Shown: positions 8,474-17,933 of the stretch, in pieces
How positions within the stretch are numbered: position 1 is the stretch's first letter
Layout of the letters: every line of letters begins with the position of its first letter
From: Myxococcota bacterium
Lineage (GTDB): Bacteria; Myxococcota_A; UBA796; GCA-2862545
Direction of reading: 5' to 3'
NCBI GenBank assembly: GCA_039208735.1
Contig: JBCCQY010000031.1
Location: 9,511-73,510, forward strand
DNA length: 64,000 bases
Notes under the pieces: generated by a model
What the model was told of the DNA's origin: nothing
Database searches by the model: none
What the model saw: the letters and a program-made list of their open reading frames with translations, nothing else
Made by a program: the position numbers and the translations under genes

Positions 8474-9253
8474 CTACGGAGCTTCGGTCGTCTGAACGAG
8501 GGTTCGCCACCGCGCCAGGGTGCTCCACGCCACGCGATCGGCACGCGTGGGCGGCTCCCCGTGCAGCCAGGGGTGGTCATCGTGCTTGTCGATGAACGTC
8601 CCAAAGGCGCCGTTGTCGGTATCTGCTCCCACGAAGTAGCTGTGACGGTCGCGAAACCCGACCTCGAGCCACAACCCACAAGCGGCGAGCACGGTGGGGG
8701 GATGCAACCGGTACGCTTCCGCCCCCAAGGTGGCGGCGACGGTGGCCTGCCGATCGTAAATCGCGTCGAAAAACCGCATCCCAAGACGCTCCGGGAGCGC
8801 AATCGACGCGCTCACGCAGGTGGTCATCAGCAAGTGATCGAGGGGCCAGCAAAACCGATGTTCCGCCACTTGCTCGCTGATGGCCCCTGCGAAGTAATGC
8901 CGCACATCGATCTGATGAGACGCCGAATCGATCGTGTTGACGACCCCGATTCCGGGCTCACCGTCGAACGGAACGTGCTCCGCAAACCGCCGCAACAAGT
9001 CGAGCCACTCCTGCCGAATGCTGCTCACCTGCACCAACCAGTTCAACGAAACGTCCGCGGCGGCTTGACTCACGGCGACGAGCGACGGCCCTCCCCTGGC
9101 GTCACGCTGCCAAACCGGCTCTTCGCGCAGCACCGTGGCCGCCGAAGTCCGTCCGTGTTCATCGAGCCAGTCCGCATACACGCGCCGCGGGGCAAGCGCC
9201 GTGGGGTCATCCCGGACCGCCCTTAGAAGCACGGTCTCGTCTTCGTCCTTCAT
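8474..9253 (-). CDS. TIGR02996 domain-containing protein
   Basis: N-terminal LLRAVRDDPTALAPRRVYADWLDEHG matches the TIGR02996 consensus; C-terminal domain unassigned. Confidence 0.75.
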   Translation of the reverse strand: MKDEDETVLLRAVRDDPTALAPRRVYADWLDEHGRTSAATVLREEPVWQRDARGGPSLVAVSQAAADVSLNWLVQVSSIRQEWLDLLRRFAEHVPFDGEPGIGVVNTIDSASHQIDVRHYFAGAISEQVAEHRFCWPLDHLLMTTCVSASIALPERLGMRFFDAIYDRQATVAATLGAEAYRLHPPTVLAACGLWLEVGFRDRHSYFVGADTDNGAFGTFIDKHDDHPWLHGEPPTRADRVAWSTLARWRTLVQTTEAP

Positions 9254-9325
9254 GGTTCGAGTCTACCCGAGTGAACCTATGCCCGCGGGTTGACATCCCC
9301 CGAAGCTTCCGCCACCTTTGACGAG

Positions 9326-9339
9326 TGATTCAGGTTTCA
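9326..9339. promoter_or_regulatory. candidate TetR operator 1 (TGATTCAGGTTTCA) within the tetR promoter
   Basis: TGA-N8-TCA just downstream of -35-like TTGACG (9318-9323); near-identical copy at 11353. Confidence 0.5.
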
Positions 9340-9344
9340 GTTCT

Positions 9345-9953
9345 ATGACGACTTCCAAGCCCGCGACCGCACGAGGACGTGCCACCCGCCAGGCCCTTCT
9401 CGATGCGGCGGAATCCGTCTTTGGCGAGACGCGATTCGACGTGGCCTCCATCACCGAGATCACACGACGAGCCAATGTTTCGCAAGGCACCTTCTATGTT
9501 TACTTCGACAGCAAGAAGGCGATTTTTCTCGAACTCGTACGGCACCTGGGAACCCTGGCCCGCGCGAGCCTCCGCCGTTCGACGGAGGGCGCCACGACGC
9601 GGCTCGATCGTGAAGAACTTGGCCTTCGAGCCTTTCTTTCCTTTGTGTCGGAGCACCGCAATCTCTATCGCATTGTGCGCCAAGCCGAGTTTATCGACGA
9701 AGAGGCGTACCGCGACTATTATCGCAAGTTCGCCCAAGGCTATGTCGCGGGGCTTCGCGGCGCAGTCGACAAGGGGGAAGTTGCTCCTGTCGATGTGGAG
9801 GCGTTGGCCTACGCGTTGATGGGAATTTCCGATTTCATTGGGATGCGCTGGGTGCTGTGGGCCAACGAGGAGTCCGGCGCCGAGGTTCCCGAAGCCACGA
9901 TCGAGGCCGTGCTGCATCTGCTGCGCAACGGGTTGCCCCCGGAGAAGACGTGA
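9345..9953 (+). CDS. TetR/AcrR family transcriptional regulator
   Basis: HTH: ALLDAAESVFGETRFDVASITEITRRANVSQGTFYVYFDSKKAIF. Confidence 0.95.
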   Translation: MTTSKPATARGRATRQALLDAAESVFGETRFDVASITEITRRANVSQGTFYVYFDSKKAIFLELVRHLGTLARASLRRSTEGATTRLDREELGLRAFLSFVSEHRNLYRIVRQAEFIDEEAYRDYYRKFAQGYVAGLRGAVDKGEVAPVDVEALAYALMGISDFIGMRWVLWANEESGAEVPEATIEAVLHLLRNGLPPEKT

Positions 9954-11329
9954 TCGCCTGGGTATTGTTTCTGATCTACGCGGTCGCGACCGCCGCACTC
10001 GCCCTCATCGCCGGTCGCGGCACAGACTCCGCCCGGGGATTTGCCATTGGCTCCGGCAAGATGAGCCCGCTCGTGGTCGGCATCACGCTGGGCGCAACGC
10101 TGGCCTCTGCGGCCACGTTCGTCCTCTACCCGGGGTTCGTGTACGCAGACGGGCTCGCCGCCCTCATCGGGTTTTCCATCCCGCTCATCTCGGGACTGGC
10201 GATTGGGCTGTTCGTCTTCGCGCCGCGCTTTCAGGCGATTGGCGCCCCCGCGGACGCCCTCACCGTGCCTCACTGGCTCGGCGCCCGGTACGGCGATTTC
10301 GGCCTGCGCAGACTCTTCGCCTTGCTCCAGGTCCTCAACGTCGCGTACCTCGTGCTCATCGTGGTGGGGTGCGGCTACGTCGTCGAGGCTTCGCTCGGGG
10401 TGTCCTACCCGCAAGCGATCGTGGGCATCACGCTGTTTGTCTTTGGCTACACCGCACTCGGGGGAGCCACCGCCCACGCCTTTACGAACACCCTGCAGGG
10501 CCTAATGATGCTCGTGGTGTCGGTCGCGGTGTTCCTGTCGGGTCTGCACACCTGGCCCGAAACCTGGGCTTCGCTACGCGACAGCGGGTTTGTCGCGCCC
10601 GAAGGCCTCATCTACCGCACACCATTCGAAGTCTTGGGCGTTCCCTTCTTCATTGGCATCGCCCTGACCACCCAGCCCCACCTGCTCTCCAAGGCCCTGT
10701 ACGTGAAGGGCGCGCGAGCCTTGCGCACCACGCTGTCGATCGGCCTTGGCACGTACGCCACCTACGCGCTGATGCTGTCCGCAGGCGCCTATGCGCGCGT
10801 GCTCCTGCCGGCAGGCATCCCGCAAGACCGGGTGGTCGCAGAGTACCTGCAGATCGCCTTTTCCTGGCCCCCCATTGGTGCCGCGATCAGCGTCGCCATC
10901 CTCGCGGCAAGCATGTCGACCATGGATGGCCTGCTCGTCGCCATCGCAGCGTCCATCGGCAACGACGTCATCCCCGGGCGAGGCACGGTCTGGCTGAATC
11001 GCCTTGTGCTCGCAGGGCTGGCCATCGGCACGTTGGCCTTGGCATGGAGCCCGCCAGCGGCCGTTTTGCTCCTCGGCCAACTCGGAGTCTACGGTCTGGC
11101 GACGGCCTCGGTGGGACCGCTCGTGGCGGGACTGGGAACGACACGGCCCTTGCAGTCCTGGCCTGCTTGGCTCGCCACCCTCGTGCCACTTGCGATCCAC
11201 CTCGGTCTGGCCCTCACCATCGTCGACAACCCAGGCATCTCGGCAATCCTCGGCATGGCCGTCGGCGTCCCCCTCGGGCTCATCGCTTGGGTCTTGCCGC
11301 CACCACGCTTGAAAGCCGGTAGCGCGTGA
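9950..11329 (+). CDS. sodium:solute symporter (SSS) family protein
   Basis: About 13 TM segments; ATLASAATFVLYPGFVYADG, LTVPHWLGARYG, YTALGG..A...TNTLQG, AASMSTMDG. GTGA overlap with tetR. Confidence 0.9.
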   Translation: MIAWVLFLIYAVATAALALIAGRGTDSARGFAIGSGKMSPLVVGITLGATLASAATFVLYPGFVYADGLAALIGFSIPLISGLAIGLFVFAPRFQAIGAPADALTVPHWLGARYGDFGLRRLFALLQVLNVAYLVLIVVGCGYVVEASLGVSYPQAIVGITLFVFGYTALGGATAHAFTNTLQGLMMLVVSVAVFLSGLHTWPETWASLRDSGFVAPEGLIYRTPFEVLGVPFFIGIALTTQPHLLSKALYVKGARALRTTLSIGLGTYATYALMLSAGAYARVLLPAGIPQDRVVAEYLQIAFSWPPIGAAISVAILAASMSTMDGLLVAIAASIGNDVIPGRGTVWLNRLVLAGLAIGTLALAWSPPAAVLLLGQLGVYGLATASVGPLVAGLGTTRPLQSWPAWLATLVPLAIHLGLALTIVDNPGISAILGMAVGVPLGLIAWVLPPPRLKAGSA

Positions 11330-11352
11330 CGAACCAAGGAATTTCCGAGAGG

Positions 11353-11366
11353 TGATTCAGTCGTCA
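11353..11366. promoter_or_regulatory. candidate TetR operator 2 (TGATTCAGTCGTCA)
   Basis: Shares GTGATTCAG...TCA with the site at 9326; lies in the 89-bp gap before the hydrolase gene. Confidence 0.5.
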
Positions 11367-11418
11367 TGTTTTTCCGCTAGGATGGCCGGACGGCACCGTT
11401 GCCCATCGGAGAACCACC

Positions 11419-12564
11419 ATGATTCTCACTGTCCTTCCGCTGATCGCATGCACGACCAAGGCCCCACCTGAAGTGGCCGCGCCTCCCGAGCCCGAACCGG
11501 AACCTGTGGTGACAATGATGGACGCCAGCGTGCCAACCCTCGACGGCATCACCTCCGCGATGGTCAAGACGTCGACGATCCGACAACACGTCTTGATGTC
11601 GGGCCCAGACGACGGCGTGCCGGTGGTGTTTGTGCACGGCAACGTGTCGTCGGCCACCTTCTGGGAGGACACCATGCTCGGACTGCCCGAAGGATTCCGA
11701 TCGGTCGCTGTCGATCTGCGAGGCTATGGCGACACCGAGGCGGTGCCGGTGGACCCTGCGCGCGGCCTTTCCGACATGGCCGAGGACGTGTGGGCGTTGG
11801 TCGATACGCTCGAACTGGGTTCCGTCCACCTGGTGGGACACAGCATGGGTGGTGGCGTCGTGATGAAGGCGATGCTGCAACGCCCCGACGCATTGCGCAG
11901 TGTGACCCTCGTCGATCCGGTTTCGCCCTACGGCTATGGCGGCAGCAAGGGAGCAGAAGGGGCCATGACGTACCCGGACGGGGCTCCAACCGGCGTGAAT
12001 CCAGATTTCGTAGCGCAACTCACGGCCAAAGCCATGGGCGACGAAAACCCCATGGCCCCGCGCAACGTGTTCCGCGCATTCTATGTGAAGCCACCCTTCG
12101 TGCCCGAACGTGAGGATGCCTACGTCGCCTCCATGCTGTCGACAAAGGTGGGGGATGCGTTCTACCCAGGCACCCAAGTGGCATCCGAGAGCTGGCCCGG
12201 CGCCGCCCCGGGCGACCAAGGCATCTTGCCCGCGTTCAACCGCAAGAACTTCGATGCATCGGGCATCGCCGACCTCGAAACCAAGCCACCGGTGCTGTGG
12301 ATTCGTGGTGCAGACGACCAGATCGTGGCGGATGCCGCGATGTTCGATCTGGCAAACCTCGGCAAACTAGGCGCCATTCCGGGCTGGCCTGGTGATGAGG
12401 TCTGCCCGCCACAGCCGATGGTGGCCCAAACCCGTGCCGTTCTCGAGACGTACCAGACCAACGGGGGCACCTACACTGAAGTGGTCATCGAGGAATCGGG
12501 CCACAGCCCCTTCATCGACCAGCCCAAGGCCTTTGGTGAGGCCCTGCACGCCCACCTGCAATGA
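11419..12564 (+). CDS. alpha/beta-fold hydrolase, predicted lipoprotein
   Basis: VFVHGN, DLRGYG, nucleophile GHSMGG, GADDQIV, SGHSPF; N-terminal LIAC followed by a Pro/Glu linker. Confidence 0.9.
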   Translation: MILTVLPLIACTTKAPPEVAAPPEPEPEPVVTMMDASVPTLDGITSAMVKTSTIRQHVLMSGPDDGVPVVFVHGNVSSATFWEDTMLGLPEGFRSVAVDLRGYGDTEAVPVDPARGLSDMAEDVWALVDTLELGSVHLVGHSMGGGVVMKAMLQRPDALRSVTLVDPVSPYGYGGSKGAEGAMTYPDGAPTGVNPDFVAQLTAKAMGDENPMAPRNVFRAFYVKPPFVPEREDAYVASMLSTKVGDAFYPGTQVASESWPGAAPGDQGILPAFNRKNFDASGIADLETKPPVLWIRGADDQIVADAAMFDLANLGKLGAIPGWPGDEVCPPQPMVAQTRAVLETYQTNGGTYTEVVIEESGHSPFIDQPKAFGEALHAHLQ

Positions 12565-14015
12565 GAGCCCTCGCCAACGAACCCGAGGCCCACGCACGGT
12601 TCCACCCCCAGGGGGAGGCCCTGGTGGACCTCGACCACGATCTACGCTGGACCTGGTCCGATCTGCTCGACCAGTCGCGCCGGTGGACCACGGTCCTGCG
12701 GGATCAAGGCGTTGGCAAAGGGGACCGCGTGGCGGTCCTCGCGCATAACCATGCCGCCACGTTCGCGGTGCTCTACGCCTGTGCGGAACTCGGCGCGGTG
12801 CTCTTTCCCATGAATTGGCGGCTGTCGGAGGCGGAGTGGCGCTGGCAGCTCGACCATGCACAACCCAGAGCGATCCTTGCCGATGCCGCGCATCGTCCCC
12901 AACTCGAGGGCGACGTCTTGGCACTCGAGGTGCCGCCCGCCGCCCCTCCGTCCGAGGGCCCGGGCGGCTCCCTCGACGATCCGTTCATGTTGCTCTACAC
13001 GTCGGGCACGTCGGGTCGTCCTAAGGGGGCGATGCTCTCGCACCGCCAGGTGTTCGTCAACGCGGTGAACACGGTGCTCGCCTGCGGCATCGACCGCACC
13101 TGCAGCACACTCACCTTCACGCCGCTCTTCCACACGGGTGGGCTCAACTGTCTTTCGACCCCTCTGCTGCATGCAGGAGGTCGCATTGTGCTCGCGGGCA
13201 GCGTTCAGCCGGCTCGAGACCTTCGGGTCATCGCGGACGAAGGCATCACCCACCTCATGGGAGTGCCCACGATCTACCAGATGATGGCCGACGACCCAGC
13301 GTTTGACGATGCCGACCTGTCGAGCGTGCGCGATGCGCTGTGCGGGGGGGCTCCGCTTTCGGTCGACCTCCTGCAGCGCTACCTCGACCGTGGCGTGCCG
13401 CTCCGCCAGGGGTACGGACTGACCGAGGTTGGCCCTAACTGCTTCAGCATGCCACATGCGGATCAGCCGCGAAAGCTGGGCTCGGTCGGAAAACCCATCC
13501 ACCATGTGGCCATGCGTCTCGTCACCGCCAACGGCCGAGATGCTGCAGTCGATGAGCCGGGCGAACTCTGGCTTTCTGGACCGACGGTGTTCTCGGGCTA
13601 CCTCGATGCCCCCGAAGCCACGGCGGCCGCGTTTGACGGGCCATGGTTCAAGACGGGCGACGTGTTGTCACGCGATACCGAAGGATTCTACACCGTCTGC
13701 GGGCGCATCAAGGAGATGTTCATCAGCGGCGGGGAGAACGTGTACCCGGCCGAGGTGGAAGCCGCGATCTACGCACTGTCGGGCGTGGCTCAGGTCGCGG
13801 TGCTGGGGGTTGCGGACGCCCGCTGGGGGGAAGTCGGCCACGCGTTCGTCGAACCCCGGCCGGGGGTCACCCTGGCCGGCGATGCGCTTGCATCGGCCCT
13901 CGCCCAGCGACTAGCAAGGTACAAAGTTCCGAAACACTGGACCATCGAAGAAGCCTTGCCGCGAACCGGCGCGGGAAAGCTCGATAAGCAAGCTTTGCTA
14001 GATCGAATGGTGTAG
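12561..14015 (+). CDS. AMP-dependent acyl-CoA synthetase (long-chain fatty acid/aryl-CoA ligase family)
   Basis: YTSGTSGRPKG, GYGLTE, WFKTGD, GRIKEMFISGGENVYPAEVE, PRTGAGK. ATGA overlap. Confidence 0.9.
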   Translation: MRALANEPEAHARFHPQGEALVDLDHDLRWTWSDLLDQSRRWTTVLRDQGVGKGDRVAVLAHNHAATFAVLYACAELGAVLFPMNWRLSEAEWRWQLDHAQPRAILADAAHRPQLEGDVLALEVPPAAPPSEGPGGSLDDPFMLLYTSGTSGRPKGAMLSHRQVFVNAVNTVLACGIDRTCSTLTFTPLFHTGGLNCLSTPLLHAGGRIVLAGSVQPARDLRVIADEGITHLMGVPTIYQMMADDPAFDDADLSSVRDALCGGAPLSVDLLQRYLDRGVPLRQGYGLTEVGPNCFSMPHADQPRKLGSVGKPIHHVAMRLVTANGRDAAVDEPGELWLSGPTVFSGYLDAPEATAAAFDGPWFKTGDVLSRDTEGFYTVCGRIKEMFISGGENVYPAEVEAAIYALSGVAQVAVLGVADARWGEVGHAFVEPRPGVTLAGDALASALAQRLARYKVPKHWTIEEALPRTGAGKLDKQALLDRMV

Positions 14016-14016
14016 C

Positions 14017-15702
14017 CTACGGTCCAAACCATCCCAGGATGCGGGCCACCGCAAACGTGCCCCCTTCGATGCGAATGCGTCCGTCGGCGACGGCCAACGC
14101 TGGCGAAATCTGTTTGGCGGACATGCGTTTGAAGGTCGCGGAGTCCGTCACAAGCTTGCGATCCACCCCGGTCGCGGGTCGCTCACGCAGCTCAGCTACA
14201 CCATGGCGCACGTGCAGTACGAACGTACGCTTTAAATCGGAGAACTCCAGGGCGACCTGTTCGTCAACGTCCAGGACATCCTCGGCCCGGAGTCGAGACG
14301 GCATTGCCGACAAGAACGCGTCGATGGGAATCGAGGTGACGAGTTCGGGCGGACTCTTGGCCGAATCAAATGGTTTTACCTCAATCTCTCCGCGAAGCTG
14401 ACCGGCTTGGGTGAGGTACCAGTGGCGTACATTCATGTTGCGATGGCCTTCCGCTCGGGCATCGTAGATGGAAGCCAGGGTGGCTCTGGCTTGAGCGTCC
14501 TGGGGGGCCGACTCGACCCAGAGCCGCCCGATCTCGGCGGCCCAGGCCAAATCGCCATCGGCCAAGGCCAGAGCGGTGGCTTCCGAAAGGGGCACCCCAG
14601 CGCCAAAGGCCTCGGCGTAGCGGCGCGCCCGTTCGGCCGGCGGCACCGGCTCGAGATCGCTCGCATCACCGTCAAACCAGCCAAGGTACCCGTCCACAAT
14701 GGCCCGCACCGCATGGGGCACCATGCCGTAGTGTTCCTGCAACCAGGGATGTGAGGCGAGGTGGGGCGGAAGCCGGATCGTCGCTGCAAGCTCGTCCCGA
14801 GATTGGCCCTGGTTCATGCCGCGCACCGTTTGGTCGTGGACGTACTGGATGCCGTCACGGTAGGCCCGCAGGACGCTCTCGACTTCGGCAGCTCCCACCA
14901 CGGGGCGGGTGTGACTCGGTACGAGCACCTCGGGGTTCCGGTCGCGCATCGCATCGAGGCTGCGAACCCAATCGCTTGTGTCGCGCGGTCGGGTACCCCG
15001 GAGCGTGTAGAGGTTCGGGTAGGCCTGGTAGATGTTGTCGCCGGGCAGCAGAATGCGCCGATCGGGCAGGAATACGAAAATCTGATCGTCGGTTTCCCCG
15101 GGCGCATGGACGAGTTCGAGCTGCAAACCCGCCACCTCGATCTCGATTCGCCCCTCGAAGGTGTGGGTGGGCCGCGCCAGTGCGATCTTGGCTGGATCGA
15201 AGCGGAGACGGGGGCCGATTCCCGCTTCAATTCGTCGCGATTCCGGGATGGCCGTTCCGAACATGGTCAGGCTGCGCACCTGTAGGGTGTCACGGATCAC
15301 GTTGACCACACGGTCGATGTGAGATTCGGTGGTCGCGTGCGCCCAAATGGGCACGTCTTTGCCTTCCGACATCACCCCGCTGCCAAACACGTGGTCGGCG
15401 TGATTGTGGGTGAAGATGATGGCCGCTAGAGGTTTGTCGGTGATTTTCCGAAACTCCGTCAACACCTCACGCGCCGCTGTGCCCGATTCCATGGTGTCGA
15501 CGATGACCACCCCATCGTCACCCTCGAGGAGAATCGAGTTGGCGAGGCCGAACCCAATTGCGACGTGCACCCCGTCAACGACCTCAATCACCTCCCGGCG
15601 GAAGAGCCCCTCGCGCAAGGTCAACGACGCTTCGGCAGTCGGAGCGGGAGCAGGATCCGGGGCCGGGGAGTTGCACGCAAGCCACGTCCAGAGCCACACC
15701 AT
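14017..15702 (-). CDS. alkyl/aryl sulfatase (SdsA1/BDS1-like MBL fold with SCP2-like C-terminus), predicted lipoprotein
   Basis: THNHADH, HAPGETDDQ, PNLYTLRG, PSH, YLGWFDG, C-terminal SCP2-like domain. Start MVWLWTWLAC follows GAGGAGG. Confidence 0.9.
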   Translation of the reverse strand: MVWLWTWLACNSPAPDPAPAPTAEASLTLREGLFRREVIEVVDGVHVAIGFGLANSILLEGDDGVVIVDTMESGTAAREVLTEFRKITDKPLAAIIFTHNHADHVFGSGVMSEGKDVPIWAHATTESHIDRVVNVIRDTLQVRSLTMFGTAIPESRRIEAGIGPRLRFDPAKIALARPTHTFEGRIEIEVAGLQLELVHAPGETDDQIFVFLPDRRILLPGDNIYQAYPNLYTLRGTRPRDTSDWVRSLDAMRDRNPEVLVPSHTRPVVGAAEVESVLRAYRDGIQYVHDQTVRGMNQGQSRDELAATIRLPPHLASHPWLQEHYGMVPHAVRAIVDGYLGWFDGDASDLEPVPPAERARRYAEAFGAGVPLSEATALALADGDLAWAAEIGRLWVESAPQDAQARATLASIYDARAEGHRNMNVRHWYLTQAGQLRGEIEVKPFDSAKSPPELVTSIPIDAFLSAMPSRLRAEDVLDVDEQVALEFSDLKRTFVLHVRHGVAELRERPATGVDRKLVTDSATFKRMSAKQISPALAVADGRIRIEGGTFAVARILGWFGP

Positions 15703-15779
15703 CGAAACCTCCTCACCAGCAGGCAGGATCCCACCCCCGCCATCGCAAAGCAAGCGGTAGGGTGCCTCGGGGAGACGCC

Positions 15780-16805
15780 ATGGCAAAACGCATCTTGTTC
15801 ATTGGGGGCACCGGGTTCATGGGTGCCCGAGCGGTGACCCAGCTCGTGGAAGCCGGCCACGAGGTCACGGTCTTCCACCGCGGCGAAACCGACCGAACCC
15901 CTGACGGCACCCGGCACATTCACGGCGACCGAAGTGACCTTGCCGCTCACCGCGAAGCATTTCGCGCTCTGCAGCCCGAGGTCGTGGTCCATATGATTGC
16001 TGCCACGGCCCAAGAAGCCTGGACCGCGCGGCAGCTGTTCGAAGGCTCGGTCGGCCACATCGTCTTGGCCTCGAGTGTCGACGTCACCGCAGCCTACGGT
16101 CGGTTGTTTGCGCCAACGGACGCCCCATTGGTCGACCTTCCCCTCACGCCCAACAGCCCACTCCGAAACCGGCTGCACCCCTACCGCACCCAGGCCGAAG
16201 CCATCGAAGACCCCGAACGCCGCGAACGGGTCGCGGACTACGACAAGATCGTTGTGGAAAGTATCTTTCAGGCGAGCACCGACTTCGCCGTGACGACGCT
16301 GCGGTTTCCGATGGTGCATGGCCCGGGCGACCCCCAACGCCGTTTCGGGGCATACCTGACTCGGATGGATGCGGGACGCGAGGCGATCCTGCTCGACACT
16401 CAGCAGGCGGAGTGGCGAACCGCCCGGGCCTACGTGGATGACATGGGCCGGGTCATTGCGCGTGCGGCCACCTTGCCGGCCGAGGGCCATCGAACCTTCG
16501 TGCTCGGTGACCAACCGACGCGCACCGAACGCGCCTGGCTCGAAGCCCTCGCGGCACAGGTGGGGTGGTCCGGTCGCATCGTGACGGCCCACCCGCTGCC
16601 CGAAGGCCTAGCCCCCACGGTCGACTTCCGGCAGTGCCTCGATGTCGATCCGACCGCTGCCATCACCGCCTTCGACCTTCCGGCCCCTACCCCACTCGAG
16701 GAGCAGCTCGCGGCGACGGTCGCTGACGAACGTGCCCGAGGGCCCATCGAAGAAGACTACGCAGCGGAAGACGCCGCACTCGCGAGCCTCTCGCAGGACG
16801 GGTAA
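15780..16805 (+). CDS. NAD-dependent epimerase/dehydratase family protein (atypical SDR)
   Basis: ILFIGGTGFMG, HEVTVFHRG, YDKIVVE, LRFPMVHGPGD. ATG at 15780 follows GGAG. Confidence 0.85.
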   Translation: MAKRILFIGGTGFMGARAVTQLVEAGHEVTVFHRGETDRTPDGTRHIHGDRSDLAAHREAFRALQPEVVVHMIAATAQEAWTARQLFEGSVGHIVLASSVDVTAAYGRLFAPTDAPLVDLPLTPNSPLRNRLHPYRTQAEAIEDPERRERVADYDKIVVESIFQASTDFAVTTLRFPMVHGPGDPQRRFGAYLTRMDAGREAILLDTQQAEWRTARAYVDDMGRVIARAATLPAEGHRTFVLGDQPTRTERAWLEALAAQVGWSGRIVTAHPLPEGLAPTVDFRQCLDVDPTAAITAFDLPAPTPLEEQLAATVADERARGPIEEDYAAEDAALASLSQDG

Positions 16806-16823
16806 GGTCGACGAGGAGGAGCC

Positions 16824-17456
16824 ATGCGGCGCGTTGCCTTTGCCCTTGCCATGGTCGCCTGCGCGTCGGAGGACCCCTGCGCGCTCGACGTGCCGGTCGC
16901 ATCCATCGATGAGGCCATTGCTCTCGTCAATGCGCTGCCTGAGTCCTCCATCACCTGCTACGTCTCCGCCCTCGCCCGGCCCCTCCAGGTCGAACTGACG
17001 TCGAACGTGTTCAGCCTGCAACCTGCACCCAGTCGTCGGTCTCCCCGCGTCTTTCTCTCTGAAGGTCCCTTGGTGACCTCGATCGTGGTGGCCGGCGACG
17101 CGAGCCATCTGATGGAGTTTGGCGAACTACGGGACGACGGCCTTTCCCTCAAGGCCGAACTCGCGTTTCCGATCGATCCTCCGGTGACCCGGTCCGACGC
17201 CTTTTTGCGGACCCGCGACATCCAAGGCACGAGTTGCGGCGTCTGCCATGCCAACGAGATCAAGGCCGCCCCTGGCGAGTTTGCCTCGGTGCCCCTCCGG
17301 CCGAATCCCGGGAGCGTGGTGCCTCTCGAGACGCTCGTGAGCGAGCACGAAGGGTGCAACCCCTTGGAAGACGAGGGACGATGCGCCATGCTCTCTGCCC
17401 TCTTCGACCACGGCGAGGTCACGCACCATCCGTTGCCCGCGACCTACCCGTTCTGA
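16824..17456 (+). CDS. lipoprotein with a single CxxCH motif (possible c-type cytochrome)
   Basis: MRRVAFALAMVAC lipobox; SCGVCHANE; strong RBS GAGGAGGAG. Confidence 0.65.
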   Translation: MRRVAFALAMVACASEDPCALDVPVASIDEAIALVNALPESSITCYVSALARPLQVELTSNVFSLQPAPSRRSPRVFLSEGPLVTSIVVAGDASHLMEFGELRDDGLSLKAELAFPIDPPVTRSDAFLRTRDIQGTSCGVCHANEIKAAPGEFASVPLRPNPGSVVPLETLVSEHEGCNPLEDEGRCAMLSALFDHGEVTHHPLPATYPF

Positions 17457-17510
17457 CGAGCTGTACCCTACTGGTTACGGCCCCGACCGTCAGAAGTCCG
17501 AGGAGCCACC

Positions 17511-17933
17511 ATGCCGGTCGTCGCCATGGAAGTCACATCGAAGTCGCCCGTCGAAGGGGCCGACAACCTGTTTTGCTACACCTTTTCGTCGCCGGGCCAA
17601 GGCGAACTCACCATCATTGCCAACACCACCAATGTCTATGAGGTCGGTGACCGAGCCGGCATTGCTTTGGTGGGCACCAAGCTGCCCGGCCTCGAAATCA
17701 AGCCCCGCAAGGTGTTTGGCATTGCCTCGTCCGGCATGGCTTGTGGTCCCGTCGACGCCGAACTCGACTCCGACCTAAGCGATCAGTTCGACGCCGACCG
17801 TCCGGATCGCGCCTGGACGGTGACGATCGAAGTGACCGTACAGGCGCCCTACGCCGAAGATGCGGGCCAAGTCGCGCTCAAGAAGGCCCGGAGCGAAGGC
17901 AAGGTGCTCTCCACCACCGAAACCGCCTCGTGA
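17511..17933 (+). CDS. stand-alone tRNA-binding OB-fold protein (PheT B2/EMAP-like)
   Basis: PVEGADNL...GDRAGIALVGTKLPGLEIKPRKVFGIASSGMAC parallels the PheT B2 consensus (HPnADkL...GakLP...ik..klRGv.S.GMlC). Confidence 0.7.
   Translation: MPVVAMEVTSKSPVEGADNLFCYTFSSPGQGELTIIANTTNVYEVGDRAGIALVGTKLPGLEIKPRKVFGIASSGMACGPVDAELDSDLSDQFDADRPDRAWTVTIEVTVQAPYAEDAGQVALKKARSEGKVLSTTETAS

Noticed and set aside
7880..9226. 448-aa plus-strand ORF
   Set aside because: Antisense shadow of two motif-supported minus-strand genes; Arg/Pro-rich with no motifs.
12561..14015. menE (o-succinylbenzoate-CoA ligase)
   Set aside because: No men genes nearby; context suggests catabolism; the motifs do not determine substrate.
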